DNA of 64,000 bases from an uncultured Planctomycetales bacterium (GCA_964583975.1 CAZOXU010000008.1:2745-66744), one strand, 5' to 3'; shown: positions 1 through 9,251, counted from the stretch's first letter. Notes: generated from the sequence alone by a model not told the origin. Program-made: numbers and translations.

Positions 1-261
1 ACCGACGATGAGATTTTGCAAGCGTATCGTTTTTTGGCTGAAACAACAGGCGTATTTGTCGAACCAGCTTCAGCAGCTTCCGTGGCTGGTGTGATTAAGT
101 TAAATAAAGCAGGTTTCTTTAAAGATAATAAGGGTAGTCGGCTTGTTTGTACAGTGACTGGCCATGGTTTAAAAGATCCTAAAACAGCGATGAAAGATTT
201 GCCTGAGCCTGTAGTGGTTAAAGCAGATCGTAAAGCAATACTTTCATTGATTGGTCTTTGA
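1..261 (+). CDS. thrC: Threonine synthase, C-terminal fragment (5' end lies outside the window)
   Basis: The ORF is open from position 1 in frame 1. Its C-terminal sequence ...GVFVEPASAASVAGVIKL...CTVTGHGLKDP is typical of PLP-dependent ThrC C-termini. Threonine-pathway genes follow downstream. Confidence 0.65.
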   Translation, partial: TDDEILQAYRFLAETTGVFVEPASAASVAGVIKLNKAGFFKDNKGSRLVCTVTGHGLKDPKTAMKDLPEPVVVKADRKAILSLIGL

Positions 262-889
262 TATGCGTGTGCTAATTACCTGCGGACCAACCTGGGTAGC
301 GGTGGATGATGTTCGCATCATCTCTAATCAATCAACAGGTGAAATAGGGCACTTAATTGCTCAAGCATGTCTTGATCAAGGTTTGGCTGTGACTTTAATA
401 GAAGGACCAGTGACGCATCAATGGTTTCATAAAAAAGCCAAGGTGATTAAGTATCGATATTTTGATGAGCTTAAGGATATTTTAGATGTTCAGTTAAAGA
501 AAAGATTTGATATTGTTATTCACGCAGCTGCTGTGTCGGATTTCAAAATGGCCAAGGTCTTGAAGGGTAAGTTTTCATCAAGCAAATCTCTAACCTTAAA
601 GCTATCTCCGACTGTAAAACTAATTGATCAGATCAAAATTAAAGCTCCTGATGTTTTTCTAGTGGGTTTTAAATTAGAGCCAGGGATGAAAACAAAGAAT
701 GCAGTTGCCGAATCCCAAAGTTTATTTAAGAAAGCTCAGTGTGATTTGGTAGTAGCCAATAGTGTTGATCGGGGATATCAGGGATTTGTGGTGAGTCCAC
801 AGCAGAAGATTTTAGTAAAGACGAGTAATAAGAAAAAATTAGCCGAAGAATTAATCAAATGTGTAGGGGCGGGGTTTCCCCGCCCGTAA
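251..889 (+). CDS. coaB: Phosphopantothenate--cysteine ligase (standalone CoaB domain)
   Basis: Motif VLITCGPT...VRIISNQSTGEIG matches the CoaB ITAGPT...VRFISNxSSGKMG signature. There is no CoaC flavoprotein domain. The last ~8 codons and the stop lie inside a GC-rich palindromic repeat. Confidence 0.7.
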   Translation: MVFDMRVLITCGPTWVAVDDVRIISNQSTGEIGHLIAQACLDQGLAVTLIEGPVTHQWFHKKAKVIKYRYFDELKDILDVQLKKRFDIVIHAAAVSDFKMAKVLKGKFSSSKSLTLKLSPTVKLIDQIKIKAPDVFLVGFKLEPGMKTKNAVAESQSLFKKAQCDLVVANSVDRGYQGFVVSPQQKILVKTSNKKKLAEELIKCVGAGFPRP

Positions 890-915
890 AGGGTCGGGTA
901 ACCCGACCCATACGG
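863..915. repeat. Two adjacent GC-rich palindromic (REP-like) units, family B, overlapping the coaB 3' end
   Basis: gtaggggcggggtttccccgcccg taa agggtcgggtaacccgacccatacgg. Confidence 0.65.
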
Positions 916-923
916 ATATATTT

Positions 924-2120
924 ATGAAGTTTATCGTGTTAGTTCCAGATGGTGCGGCTGATGAGCCAGTGGCCCAATTAGGTGGTAAGACTCCTTTGGA
1001 GGCAGCCAAGACCCCCAACATGGATTATTTGGCTTCTCAAGGAATCTCAGGTTTGGTGAAAACTATTCCTGATGGTATGTCTCCGGGTTCGGATGTAGGG
1101 AATTTGGCCTTGATGGGGTATGATCCTAATGTCAATTTTTCTGGTCGGGCACCACTAGAAGCTGCCAGCATGGGCATCCAACTTAGGAATGATGAAATTG
1201 CTTTTCGTTGTAATTTGATCACCGAGAAGAATGGCGTCATGGATGACTATAGTGCTGGCCATATTCCTTCTGATGAAGCTAAGGAATTGATTGATAATTT
1301 ACAAAGCGCCATTGATTGGCCGGATGTTCGTTTTTATCCAGGCAAAAGCTACAGGCATTTGATGGTTTTAAAAGCCATGAGCACTGATCAAATGCTTAAG
1401 GTAAAGACGGTGGCGCCTCATGATATTCTAAATCAAGCGATCAAAGAGTATCTGCCTAGCGGGGCTCATTGCGAAATACTTTTAAATTTAATGGAAAAGT
1501 CTAAAAGCATTCTTTCTGGGCAGCAAGTCAATAAGGTCAGGCTTGATTTAAATGAAAAGCCGGCTAATATGATTTGGTTATGGGGACAAGGGGCGCGGCC
1601 TAATTTGCCTCGGTTTAAAGACCAGTATGGATTGACGGGTTCCGTTATTTCAGCCGTTGATTTGGTTAATGGGATTGGAGTCTTAGCAGGTCTTGAAATT
1701 ATTTCCGTTCCCGGGGCTAATGGTTATTACGATACGAATTATAAAGGCAAGGCCCAATACGCTTTGGAATCACTGAAGAAGCATGATTTTGTCTATGTGC
1801 ATGTCGAATCACCTGATGAAGCTGGACATAATGGAGATTTTCAAGCCAAGCTTGAATGTATTGAGAAATTTGATAATTTTGTCGTTGGTACGATTAGGGA
1901 ATATTTGAAAACCAACAGTGATGTTCGTGTTTTAATTTCTCCTGATCATCCAACACCGGTAGGAAAGCGTACACATACACGAAATCCAGTTCCATTTGTG
2001 ATGTATGGAAAAGATGTTCAATCCAATGGCGCTAAGGATTATTCAGAAACAGAGGGTGCAAGGTTAGGGGTTAAGTTTAATAGCGGTAAAGATATGATTA
2101 AGCAATTTTTTAAAATGTAG
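924..2120 (+). CDS. Cofactor-independent phosphoglycerate mutase (ApgM)-family protein; candidate non-canonical homoserine kinase
   Basis: The N-terminus KFIVLVPDGAADEP and overall layout fit the archaeal-type iPGM / 'proposed homoserine kinase' family. It sits between thrC and lysC, with no canonical thrB in the cluster. Confidence 0.55.
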   Translation: MKFIVLVPDGAADEPVAQLGGKTPLEAAKTPNMDYLASQGISGLVKTIPDGMSPGSDVGNLALMGYDPNVNFSGRAPLEAASMGIQLRNDEIAFRCNLITEKNGVMDDYSAGHIPSDEAKELIDNLQSAIDWPDVRFYPGKSYRHLMVLKAMSTDQMLKVKTVAPHDILNQAIKEYLPSGAHCEILLNLMEKSKSILSGQQVNKVRLDLNEKPANMIWLWGQGARPNLPRFKDQYGLTGSVISAVDLVNGIGVLAGLEIISVPGANGYYDTNYKGKAQYALESLKKHDFVYVHVESPDEAGHNGDFQAKLECIEKFDNFVVGTIREYLKTNSDVRVLISPDHPTPVGKRTHTRNPVPFVMYGKDVQSNGAKDYSETEGARLGVKFNSGKDMIKQFFKM

Positions 2121-2149
2121 TAGGGCTGGGTAACCTAAGCCCGTACAGG
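2121..2149. repeat. GC-rich palindromic (REP-like) element, family B
   Basis: tagggctgggtaacctaagcccgtacagg. Lies between the iPGM-like gene and lysC. Confidence 0.65.
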
Positions 2150-2168
2150 TAAAGGGATTTTAAAAATT

Positions 2169-3392
2169 ATGGAAAAAGATATTATCGTTCAAAAGTTTGG
2201 TGGCTCTTCGGTAGCTAATGTGGATCGAATCAAAAATGTGGCTCAAAGAGTGGTTACTTACAAGAATAAAAATACCGATGTGGCTGTTATCGTTTCAGCC
2301 TTGGGTGACACCACTGACGAATTAGAAGCCTTGGCTTTTCAATTAAGTACGACACCGCCTGATAGAGAAATGGATATGCTTCTTTCCACAGGAGAGCAAA
2401 TTTCCTGTGCACTTTTGGCGATTGCAATTAAAGAGTTGGGCTACGATGCGATTTCATTTACCGGTCGTCAGGTTGGTATTAAGACAGATAAGACTTATAC
2501 CAAAGCTCGTATTCTCACCATTGATGGCAAGCGAGTCAAAAAAGCGTTCAAAGCAGGTAAGATTGTTATTGTAGCTGGATATCAAGGAGTGACTTCGGAT
2601 GATGAGATCACAACCCTAGGTCGAGGAGGTTCAGATTTAACAGCCGTGGCTGTAGCTAAGGCCTTGAAAGCCAAGGTTTGTGAGATTTATACCGATGTCG
2701 ATGGTATTTATACAACTGACCCGCGAATTGTTAAAGAAGCACGCAAGATTAAGAAAATTACTTTTGATGAAATGTTGGAAATGGCCTCATTGGGTGCGCA
2801 AGTTATGCAAGCACGCTCGATCGAGGTGGCTAAACGTTTTGATATTCCCTTACATGTTCGTTCAAGTTTTTCAAAGGAGGAAGGTACCATGATTGTCAAA
2901 GGATCAGAGAAGATGGAAGAGGTTTCAGTAAGAGGTATTACATGCAATAAAAGTGAAGCGAAGATCACTATTTGTAGCGTGCCTGATAAGCCAGGAATTG
3001 CAGCCACTATCTTTGGTGAAATTTCTAAGAAGGGCATTAATGTTGATACTATAGTTCAGAACGTGCCTCATGACAGGCTTTCTGATATTTCTTTTACCGT
3101 ACCTAAGGCTGATTTAAATAAAGCAATTAAAGCTGCTCAATCCATAGGTGAGAAAATTGGAGCTGGAGAAACCTTGGAGGATCGTAATATTGCTCGCGTT
3201 TCTTTAGTGGGAAGTGGTATGAGATCGCACAGTGGAATTGCAGCTAAAATGTTTAAGACATTGGCTGATGAAAAGATCAATATTGATATGATTTCTACTT
3301 CAGAGATCAGTGTCTCTTGTATTATCCAACAAGATTTGGCTGACAAAGCCGTGAAAGCTTTACATAAAACATTTAAATTGGAACAACCATAA
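2169..3392 (+). CDS. lysC: Aspartate kinase with C-terminal ACT domains
   Basis: IVQKFGGSSVAN N-terminal kinase motif. Length 407 aa. ACT-like C-terminal region. Confidence 0.85.
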   Translation: MEKDIIVQKFGGSSVANVDRIKNVAQRVVTYKNKNTDVAVIVSALGDTTDELEALAFQLSTTPPDREMDMLLSTGEQISCALLAIAIKELGYDAISFTGRQVGIKTDKTYTKARILTIDGKRVKKAFKAGKIVIVAGYQGVTSDDEITTLGRGGSDLTAVAVAKALKAKVCEIYTDVDGIYTTDPRIVKEARKIKKITFDEMLEMASLGAQVMQARSIEVAKRFDIPLHVRSSFSKEEGTMIVKGSEKMEEVSVRGITCNKSEAKITICSVPDKPGIAATIFGEISKKGINVDTIVQNVPHDRLSDISFTVPKADLNKAIKAAQSIGEKIGAGETLEDRNIARVSLVGSGMRSHSGIAAKMFKTLADEKINIDMISTSEISVSCIIQQDLADKAVKALHKTFKLEQP

Positions 3393-3400
3393 TAAACAAA

Positions 3401-3465
3401 TGTCATCCCCGAATGCTTCAATCGGGGATCTAGTGCTCTAGATTCCCGATAAAAACGTTCGGGAA
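3401..3465. repeat. Structured intergenic repeat, family A copy 1 (MITE-like, three stem-loops)
   Basis: tgtcatccccgaatgcttcaatcggggatctagtgctctagattcccgataaaaacgttcgggaa. Homologous copies at 52640-52709 and 55507-55597. Confidence 0.7.
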
Positions 3466-3482
3466 AGGCATTAAGGAATAAT

Positions 3483-5048
3483 ATGTCTAAGATAATTATC
3501 TACGATACAACCTTACGCGATGGTTCACAGACCGAAGGTGTTTCTTATACCGTTGCGGATAAAATCAAAATTACCGAGAAACTTGATGAATTAGGTATCC
3601 ATTATATCGAGGGTGGTTGGCCAGGCTCTAATCCTAAGGACAAAGAGTATTTTGAGTCGATGAAAACTCGTAAACTTAAAAACGCCAAGCTTGCTGCTTT
3701 TGGCTCCACCCGAAGGGCTGGGATCAAACCAGAAGCAGATGTTAATTTAAATGATTTGGTTGCTTCCAATACTCCGACAGTAACAATTTTTGGTAAGAGT
3801 TGGGATTTGCATGTGAAGGATGTTATCAAAACCACCTTGGATGAAAATCTCAAGATGATCAGCGATTCAGTTGCTTTTTTAAAGAAAAATAAGCGCGAAG
3901 TATTTTATGATGCTGAGCATTTCTTTGATGGTTATAAAGGCAATCCAGCCTATGCCTTAAAAACAATCTTAGCCGCCCAGGCAGCTAAGGCCGACTGTAT
4001 CATCTTGTGCGACACCAATGGTGGGACCTTACCTGAAGAAGTAACACGGATCGTCAAGGAAGTAAAAAAGAAAATCAAGGTGCAGTTAGGGATCCATACC
4101 CATAATGATCAAGATTTGGCAGTGGCTAATTCATTGGCTGCAATCAATGCTGGCTGTATCCAGGTGCAGGGAACATTTAATGGTTTAGGTGAGCGATGTG
4201 GTAATGCGGATTTGTGTACCATCGTTGCTATCTTAGATACCAAAATGAAAAAGAAGTCCATCCCTGAGAATAAAATCAAGCATTTGATGGAAGCTTCTTA
4301 TTACATTAGCGAAGTCAGCAATTACACGCTTTCGAATAATCATCCATTCGTTGGTCATTCAGCCTTTGCCCATAAGGGAGGCGTTCATATTGATGCCATG
4401 TTAAAGAACCCCAAAGCCTATGAGCATATCAAACCTGAGTTAGTGGGAAATCATAGTCGATTTTTGAATTCTGAACTAGCCGGAAAAATGCCCATCGTTC
4501 TTAAAGCCCAGAAGATGAATATATCCTTGGATAAGAATTCTCCTGAAGCTAAGGCGATCATGCAAGAGTTGCAACAAAAAGAACATCATGGTTATCAATT
4601 TGAAGGTGCTGACGCTTCATTTGAACTTTTTATGAAGCGACGTTTAAAACTCTATCAATCTTTCTTTCATTTAGATGGCTTTAAGGTTTACACTGAGAAG
4701 AAATTAGATGGTTCCGTGTTAGCAGGTGCAACCGTGCGTTTAAAGGTCAATGGTTCTGATGAACTGGCAACTGTTGAAGGTCATGGGCCTGTAGAGGTTC
4801 TTGATCGAGCCTTGCGTAGTGCTTTGCGTAAATTTTATCCTAATCTTGAGCATATGCATCTGGTGGATTATAAAGTGCGGGTCTTAGATACCAAGGATGG
4901 GACAGCGGCTCGCGTACGTGTACTGATTGAATCTCAAGATGATAGTGATTCTTGGACAACAGTCGGCGTGCATGAAAATGTCATTGAAGCTAGCTGGGAA
5001 GCCCTGGTTGATGCTATTGAATACAAATTGTTGAAAGACAAGAAATAG
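3483..5048 (+). CDS. cimA: (R)-citramalate synthase / 2-isopropylmalate synthase family
   Basis: N-terminus IYDTTLRDGSQTEGVSYTV...IEGGWPGSNPKD. 521 aa with a LeuA-type C-terminal regulatory domain, typical of CimA. Confidence 0.65.
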   Translation: MSKIIIYDTTLRDGSQTEGVSYTVADKIKITEKLDELGIHYIEGGWPGSNPKDKEYFESMKTRKLKNAKLAAFGSTRRAGIKPEADVNLNDLVASNTPTVTIFGKSWDLHVKDVIKTTLDENLKMISDSVAFLKKNKREVFYDAEHFFDGYKGNPAYALKTILAAQAAKADCIILCDTNGGTLPEEVTRIVKEVKKKIKVQLGIHTHNDQDLAVANSLAAINAGCIQVQGTFNGLGERCGNADLCTIVAILDTKMKKKSIPENKIKHLMEASYYISEVSNYTLSNNHPFVGHSAFAHKGGVHIDAMLKNPKAYEHIKPELVGNHSRFLNSELAGKMPIVLKAQKMNISLDKNSPEAKAIMQELQQKEHHGYQFEGADASFELFMKRRLKLYQSFFHLDGFKVYTEKKLDGSVLAGATVRLKVNGSDELATVEGHGPVEVLDRALRSALRKFYPNLEHMHLVDYKVRVLDTKDGTAARVRVLIESQDDSDSWTTVGVHENVIEASWEALVDAIEYKLLKDKK

Positions 5049-5056
5049 TTCCTCCC

Positions 5057-7687
5057 ATGGAATTGTCATCCAAATACAACCCTAAGGAAACCGAAGACAA
5101 GTGGCTAAAGCTATGGAAAGATAAGAATATCTTTCATGCGACTGTGTCTCAAAAGCCGCCTTTTACCATTGTTATTCCACCACCGAATGTGACGGGGATC
5201 TTGCACATGGGCCATGCGCTCAATAACACTCTGCAAGATATTCTTATTCGCTATAAACGAATGAATGGTTTCGAATCACTTTGGATGCCTGGCACAGATC
5301 ATGCCGGGATTGCCACTCAAAACGTTGTCGAGAAGCAGATTGCTAAAGAAGGCAAAAAGCGCCAGGATTTAGGGCGAGAAGAGTTTTTAAAAAGACTCTG
5401 GGCCTGGAAGCAAGAGTCTGGCGATACCATTATTCGTCAGCTTGAGAAGTTGGGGAGCTCGTGTGATTGGCCTCGTACGCGTTTTACCATGGATGAGGAA
5501 TATTCGAAGGCTGTACAAGAGACCTTTATCCATCTTTATAACAAAGGTCTGATTTATCAAGGCCAATACATCATTAATTGGTGTCCACGCTGCCAGACAG
5601 CACTCTCGGATGAAGAAGCTGAACATCAAGAGAAGAATGGTAAGATCTACCACATTCGTTATCCTTTCAAAAATAATCCCAAAGAGTCAATTGTCGTAGC
5701 TACTACTCGTCCAGAAACCATGCTGGGAGATACGGCTGTGGCTGTTAACCCTAAGGATGAACGTTATACCAAGATGATTGGTCAGACCTTGGTTCTTCCT
5801 TTGGTTAATCGTGAAATTAAAATTATTGCTGATGATTTTGTGGCGGCCGAGTTTGGGACTGGTGCGGTAAAGGTAACCCCGGCTCATGATCCTAATGATT
5901 TTGGAATGGGGCAGCGTCACAATTTACCCATGATTAATGTCATGCATCCTGATGCGCGTATTAATGAGAAGGGTGGCGCTTACGATGGATTGGATCGTTT
6001 TGAAGCTCGCAAACGTATCTTAGCAGACCTAGAGACTCAAGGTTTCTTAGTGAAGGTTGAAGATCATAAAAATTCTGTTGGGCATTGTTATCGTTGTGAC
6101 ACCATCATTGAACCCTATCTGTCCAAGCAATGGTTTGTGAAAATGAAACCATTAGCTAAGCCTGCTTTAGAGGCTGTTAAAAAAGGTGAGATCAAAATCC
6201 GACCGGAACATTGGGAGAAGGTTTATATCAATTGGATGGAAGAGATCAGAGATTGGTGTATTTCTCGTCAGATTTGGTGGGGACATCGCATTCCTGTGTG
6301 GTATGACCCTCAGGGTAATGTTTATGTGGCTCGCAACCAAGACGAAGCTCACGCTCAGGCACAAGCTAAATTAGGTAAGACAGTACCTCTGCGCCAAGAT
6401 GAAGATGTATTAGATACCTGGTTCTCTTCATGGTTATGGCCCTTTGCAACTCTTGGATGGCCTAATAAAAATAAAGATTTAGAGTTCTTTTATCCAACAA
6501 ATACTTTAATGACTGCTTCGGAGATTTTATTCTTCTGGGTGGCACGTATGATTATGGCAGGCTACGAGTTTATGGGAGACAAACCATTCTCTGATGTATT
6601 GATCCACGGAACCGTACGTGATGCTAAAGGGCGTAAGATGTCAAAATCTTTGGGGAATGCCATTGATCCGCTTGAAATTATCGAGGAATATGGGGCTGAT
6701 GCGCTTCGTTTTAGTTTGATTATTAATTCTGGGCAAGATATTTTTATTTCCAAAGAAAAATTTGAGATTGGACGAAATTTTGCCAATAAGATTTGGAATG
6801 CCTCACGTTTAGTGTTTAGTAATTGTTCTTCAACACTTGAGCGTGGCGACTATGAAACCTTGGATGTTCGAGCGCTTGATTTGCCATCACGTTGGATTAT
6901 CAGTTCTTATTATGAAACTTTAGCCAAAACATCCCAGGCTATTGAATCTTGCCGTTATTCCGAGGCAGAGAATTTAGTCCAGGATTTCTTCTGGGGTAAT
7001 TTTTGTGATTGGTACTTAGAGTTAATCAAGGCCAAGTTTGCTGATGCCAATATCCAAAAGACGGCACTTTTTATTTTAAAGAATTCTTTGAAGATGATGC
7101 ATCCATTTATTCCTTTTGTGACTGAGGAAATCTATAGCAAGATGAATACCAAGGATACCTGTCTCTCCGTAGCTACTTGGCCAACGTTAAATAAAGAATT
7201 GGTCGACTCAAAGGCTTTTGAGCAAATGCAAACAATGATCAATGTTATTGGGGCCATTAGAAATATTCGTACTCAATGGAATATTAAACCTAATGATACC
7301 GTGGACGTAACGCTTGTTCCTGAAAATAGTGACCAGCAACAATTGTTGGTGGCCAATCAGGGTGATATCCAGAGACTGGGTCGTATTAAGACATTAACGA
7401 TTGATACCAAAATTCAGAACTTAAAAGAATCAGCTAGTGAATTAGTCGGTGCATTGAAAGTTTTTATTCCTTTAGGTGGACTAGTTGACCTGGCTGGTGA
7501 GAAGAAAAAGAAATCTGCTGAAATCACCCAGAAGCAAAAAGCCCTTGAAGGTCTGCAATCACGCTTGAGCAATGAGGCTTTTGTTAGTAAAGCTCCTACC
7601 GATGTTATTGCCAAGGAGAAAGAACGTTTGGCAATCCTGCAAAAAGAAATTGCTGAATTAAATAAAGTATTATCTAATTTAAATTAA
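5057..7687 (+). CDS. valS: Valine--tRNA ligase
   Basis: HIGH-type motif PPPNVTGILHMGHA, KMSKS motif, C-terminal coiled-coil. 876 aa. Confidence 0.95.
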   Translation: MELSSKYNPKETEDKWLKLWKDKNIFHATVSQKPPFTIVIPPPNVTGILHMGHALNNTLQDILIRYKRMNGFESLWMPGTDHAGIATQNVVEKQIAKEGKKRQDLGREEFLKRLWAWKQESGDTIIRQLEKLGSSCDWPRTRFTMDEEYSKAVQETFIHLYNKGLIYQGQYIINWCPRCQTALSDEEAEHQEKNGKIYHIRYPFKNNPKESIVVATTRPETMLGDTAVAVNPKDERYTKMIGQTLVLPLVNREIKIIADDFVAAEFGTGAVKVTPAHDPNDFGMGQRHNLPMINVMHPDARINEKGGAYDGLDRFEARKRILADLETQGFLVKVEDHKNSVGHCYRCDTIIEPYLSKQWFVKMKPLAKPALEAVKKGEIKIRPEHWEKVYINWMEEIRDWCISRQIWWGHRIPVWYDPQGNVYVARNQDEAHAQAQAKLGKTVPLRQDEDVLDTWFSSWLWPFATLGWPNKNKDLEFFYPTNTLMTASEILFFWVARMIMAGYEFMGDKPFSDVLIHGTVRDAKGRKMSKSLGNAIDPLEIIEEYGADALRFSLIINSGQDIFISKEKFEIGRNFANKIWNASRLVFSNCSSTLERGDYETLDVRALDLPSRWIISSYYETLAKTSQAIESCRYSEAENLVQDFFWGNFCDWYLELIKAKFADANIQKTALFILKNSLKMMHPFIPFVTEEIYSKMNTKDTCLSVATWPTLNKELVDSKAFEQMQTMINVIGAIRNIRTQWNIKPNDTVDVTLVPENSDQQQLLVANQGDIQRLGRIKTLTIDTKIQNLKESASELVGALKVFIPLGGLVDLAGEKKKKSAEITQKQKALEGLQSRLSNEAFVSKAPTDVIAKEKERLAILQKEIAELNKVLSNLN

Positions 7688-7740
7688 TCCTCCTATAGAG
7701 TTATTGAATACAATCCAATAGCACGATATAATGTCGGCCT

Positions 7741-8580
7741 ATGCGAGAGGTGTATTTACATCAAATCGTCAAGGCTGCCTTGAAGGAAGACCTTGGCCAA
7801 GGGGACATTACAACCAATAGTCTGTGTCGAAATAATAGCCTTGTTGAGGCACGTCTTTTATTTAAATCAGCAGGCGTTGTCTGTGGTTTAGAGGTAGCCC
7901 AATACGTATTTAAGTCGATAAGTCCTAAGATTCAATTTAAAAAATTGGTTAAAGAGGGGGCTAAGGTTAAAAAGACGACTGCGGTCGCTTTTATTAAGGG
8001 GCCTGCCAAAGCTGTTCTAAGCGCCGAGCGGGTGGCAATTAATTTTCTTACTCATCTGTCAGCTATTGCTACTCAAACTCGGGCCTTTGTAGATCAGATT
8101 AAACCTTATCGCTCTAAGATTTATGATACTCGAAAAACCACTCCTTTATTACGTGAACTCGAACGTTACGCTGTTAGAGTAGGGGGTGGCTATAATCATC
8201 GATTTGATCTCTCGAGCATGGCGATGATTAAGGATAATCATCGAGCCATGTTAGGTCAGATGAGTTTAAGAGGTGCTGTTGAAACCATCAAAAGAAAAAC
8301 CCATAAACCAGTCGTTTTAGAAGTTGATACTCTTGAAGAATTTAAAGAAGCCCTTAGCAGCAAGGCTGAGATTATTTTGTTAGACAATATGACACCTGTA
8401 CAGGTACAGAAAGCTGTAGCGTTAAGAAACAAGCTTAAATCCAAGAGCCTGTTAGAAGCTTCAGGGGGTATGAATTTGAATAATGTGCATTCTTATGCCC
8501 GAAGTGGTGTTGAACGTATTTCTGTGGGCTCATTAACATCCGTCAGACAGGCGATTGATATTTCTTTAGATTTTGCATGA
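7741..8580 (+). CDS. nadC: Nicotinate-nucleotide diphosphorylase (quinolinate phosphoribosyltransferase)
   Basis: 279 aa. Motif LKEDLGQGDITT is typical of NadC. Fold consistent with QAPRTase. Confidence 0.8.
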   Translation: MREVYLHQIVKAALKEDLGQGDITTNSLCRNNSLVEARLLFKSAGVVCGLEVAQYVFKSISPKIQFKKLVKEGAKVKKTTAVAFIKGPAKAVLSAERVAINFLTHLSAIATQTRAFVDQIKPYRSKIYDTRKTTPLLRELERYAVRVGGGYNHRFDLSSMAMIKDNHRAMLGQMSLRGAVETIKRKTHKPVVLEVDTLEEFKEALSSKAEIILLDNMTPVQVQKAVALRNKLKSKSLLEASGGMNLNNVHSYARSGVERISVGSLTSVRQAIDISLDFA

Positions 8581-9251
8581 TAAAATTAATTTACATACTC
8601 ATAGCTTTGCTTTTTACAGCTCCTTTAGGTAGAGCCCAAGGAGTACCTATTGAAGGTTCCGAGTTGGGGGCTGAAGCTGTTTTTGATGATCGGGCCCTTA
8701 TCAACGGGTACACCGATAAATTTGCCGAAGAGACCAGGGATGTTTTACTAGCCATGATTGCGGATGATTCGATTGGTCCTTACAAGGTTGCTGCAGCCGT
8801 GCGTGTATTTAAACAAAAATATGGCAATGAAATTTTATCTGAAGAGAAGCCTGCGATTATCAAATTGCTTTTACGACGCCTCAATCGCTTGGATTCTCCT
8901 TTTGCCCAAGTAGAAATTTTTCACACCTTAATTGTTTTAGATAGATATCAATATTTTGAGTCCATGATGCCATCCTTAATCCGGAAATTAGATCATTACA
9001 ATGCCGTAGTCCGTGATTTGTCGTATGATAATATTTTGGAGATTATTAAAGACAATAGTCGTACCAGAGAAGCGAGAATTGTATTTAATACCTTGCGTAA
9101 GATGTTTTTCTTAACTCATAATCGTCTCAATAATATAGAAAATCCAGATACAAGATTAAGGCAGAAATTATCTATTTTGCGTTGGGCTATTAAAGTTTTA
9201 GGGACTCAGGAGTTAAAAAGGCTCCCGTCAGAAGTTATCCGTTTGCTATAG
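8577..9251 (+). CDS. Hypothetical secreted protein (signal peptide)
   Basis: N-terminal signal peptide LIALLFTAPLGRAQG. Overlaps the nadC stop by 4 nt, suggesting co-transcription. No recognisable domain. Confidence 0.45.
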   Translation: MIKLIYILIALLFTAPLGRAQGVPIEGSELGAEAVFDDRALINGYTDKFAEETRDVLLAMIADDSIGPYKVAAAVRVFKQKYGNEILSEEKPAIIKLLLRRLNRLDSPFAQVEIFHTLIVLDRYQYFESMMPSLIRKLDHYNAVVRDLSYDNILEIIKDNSRTREARIVFNTLRKMFFLTHNRLNNIENPDTRLRQKLSILRWAIKVLGTQELKRLPSEVIRLL

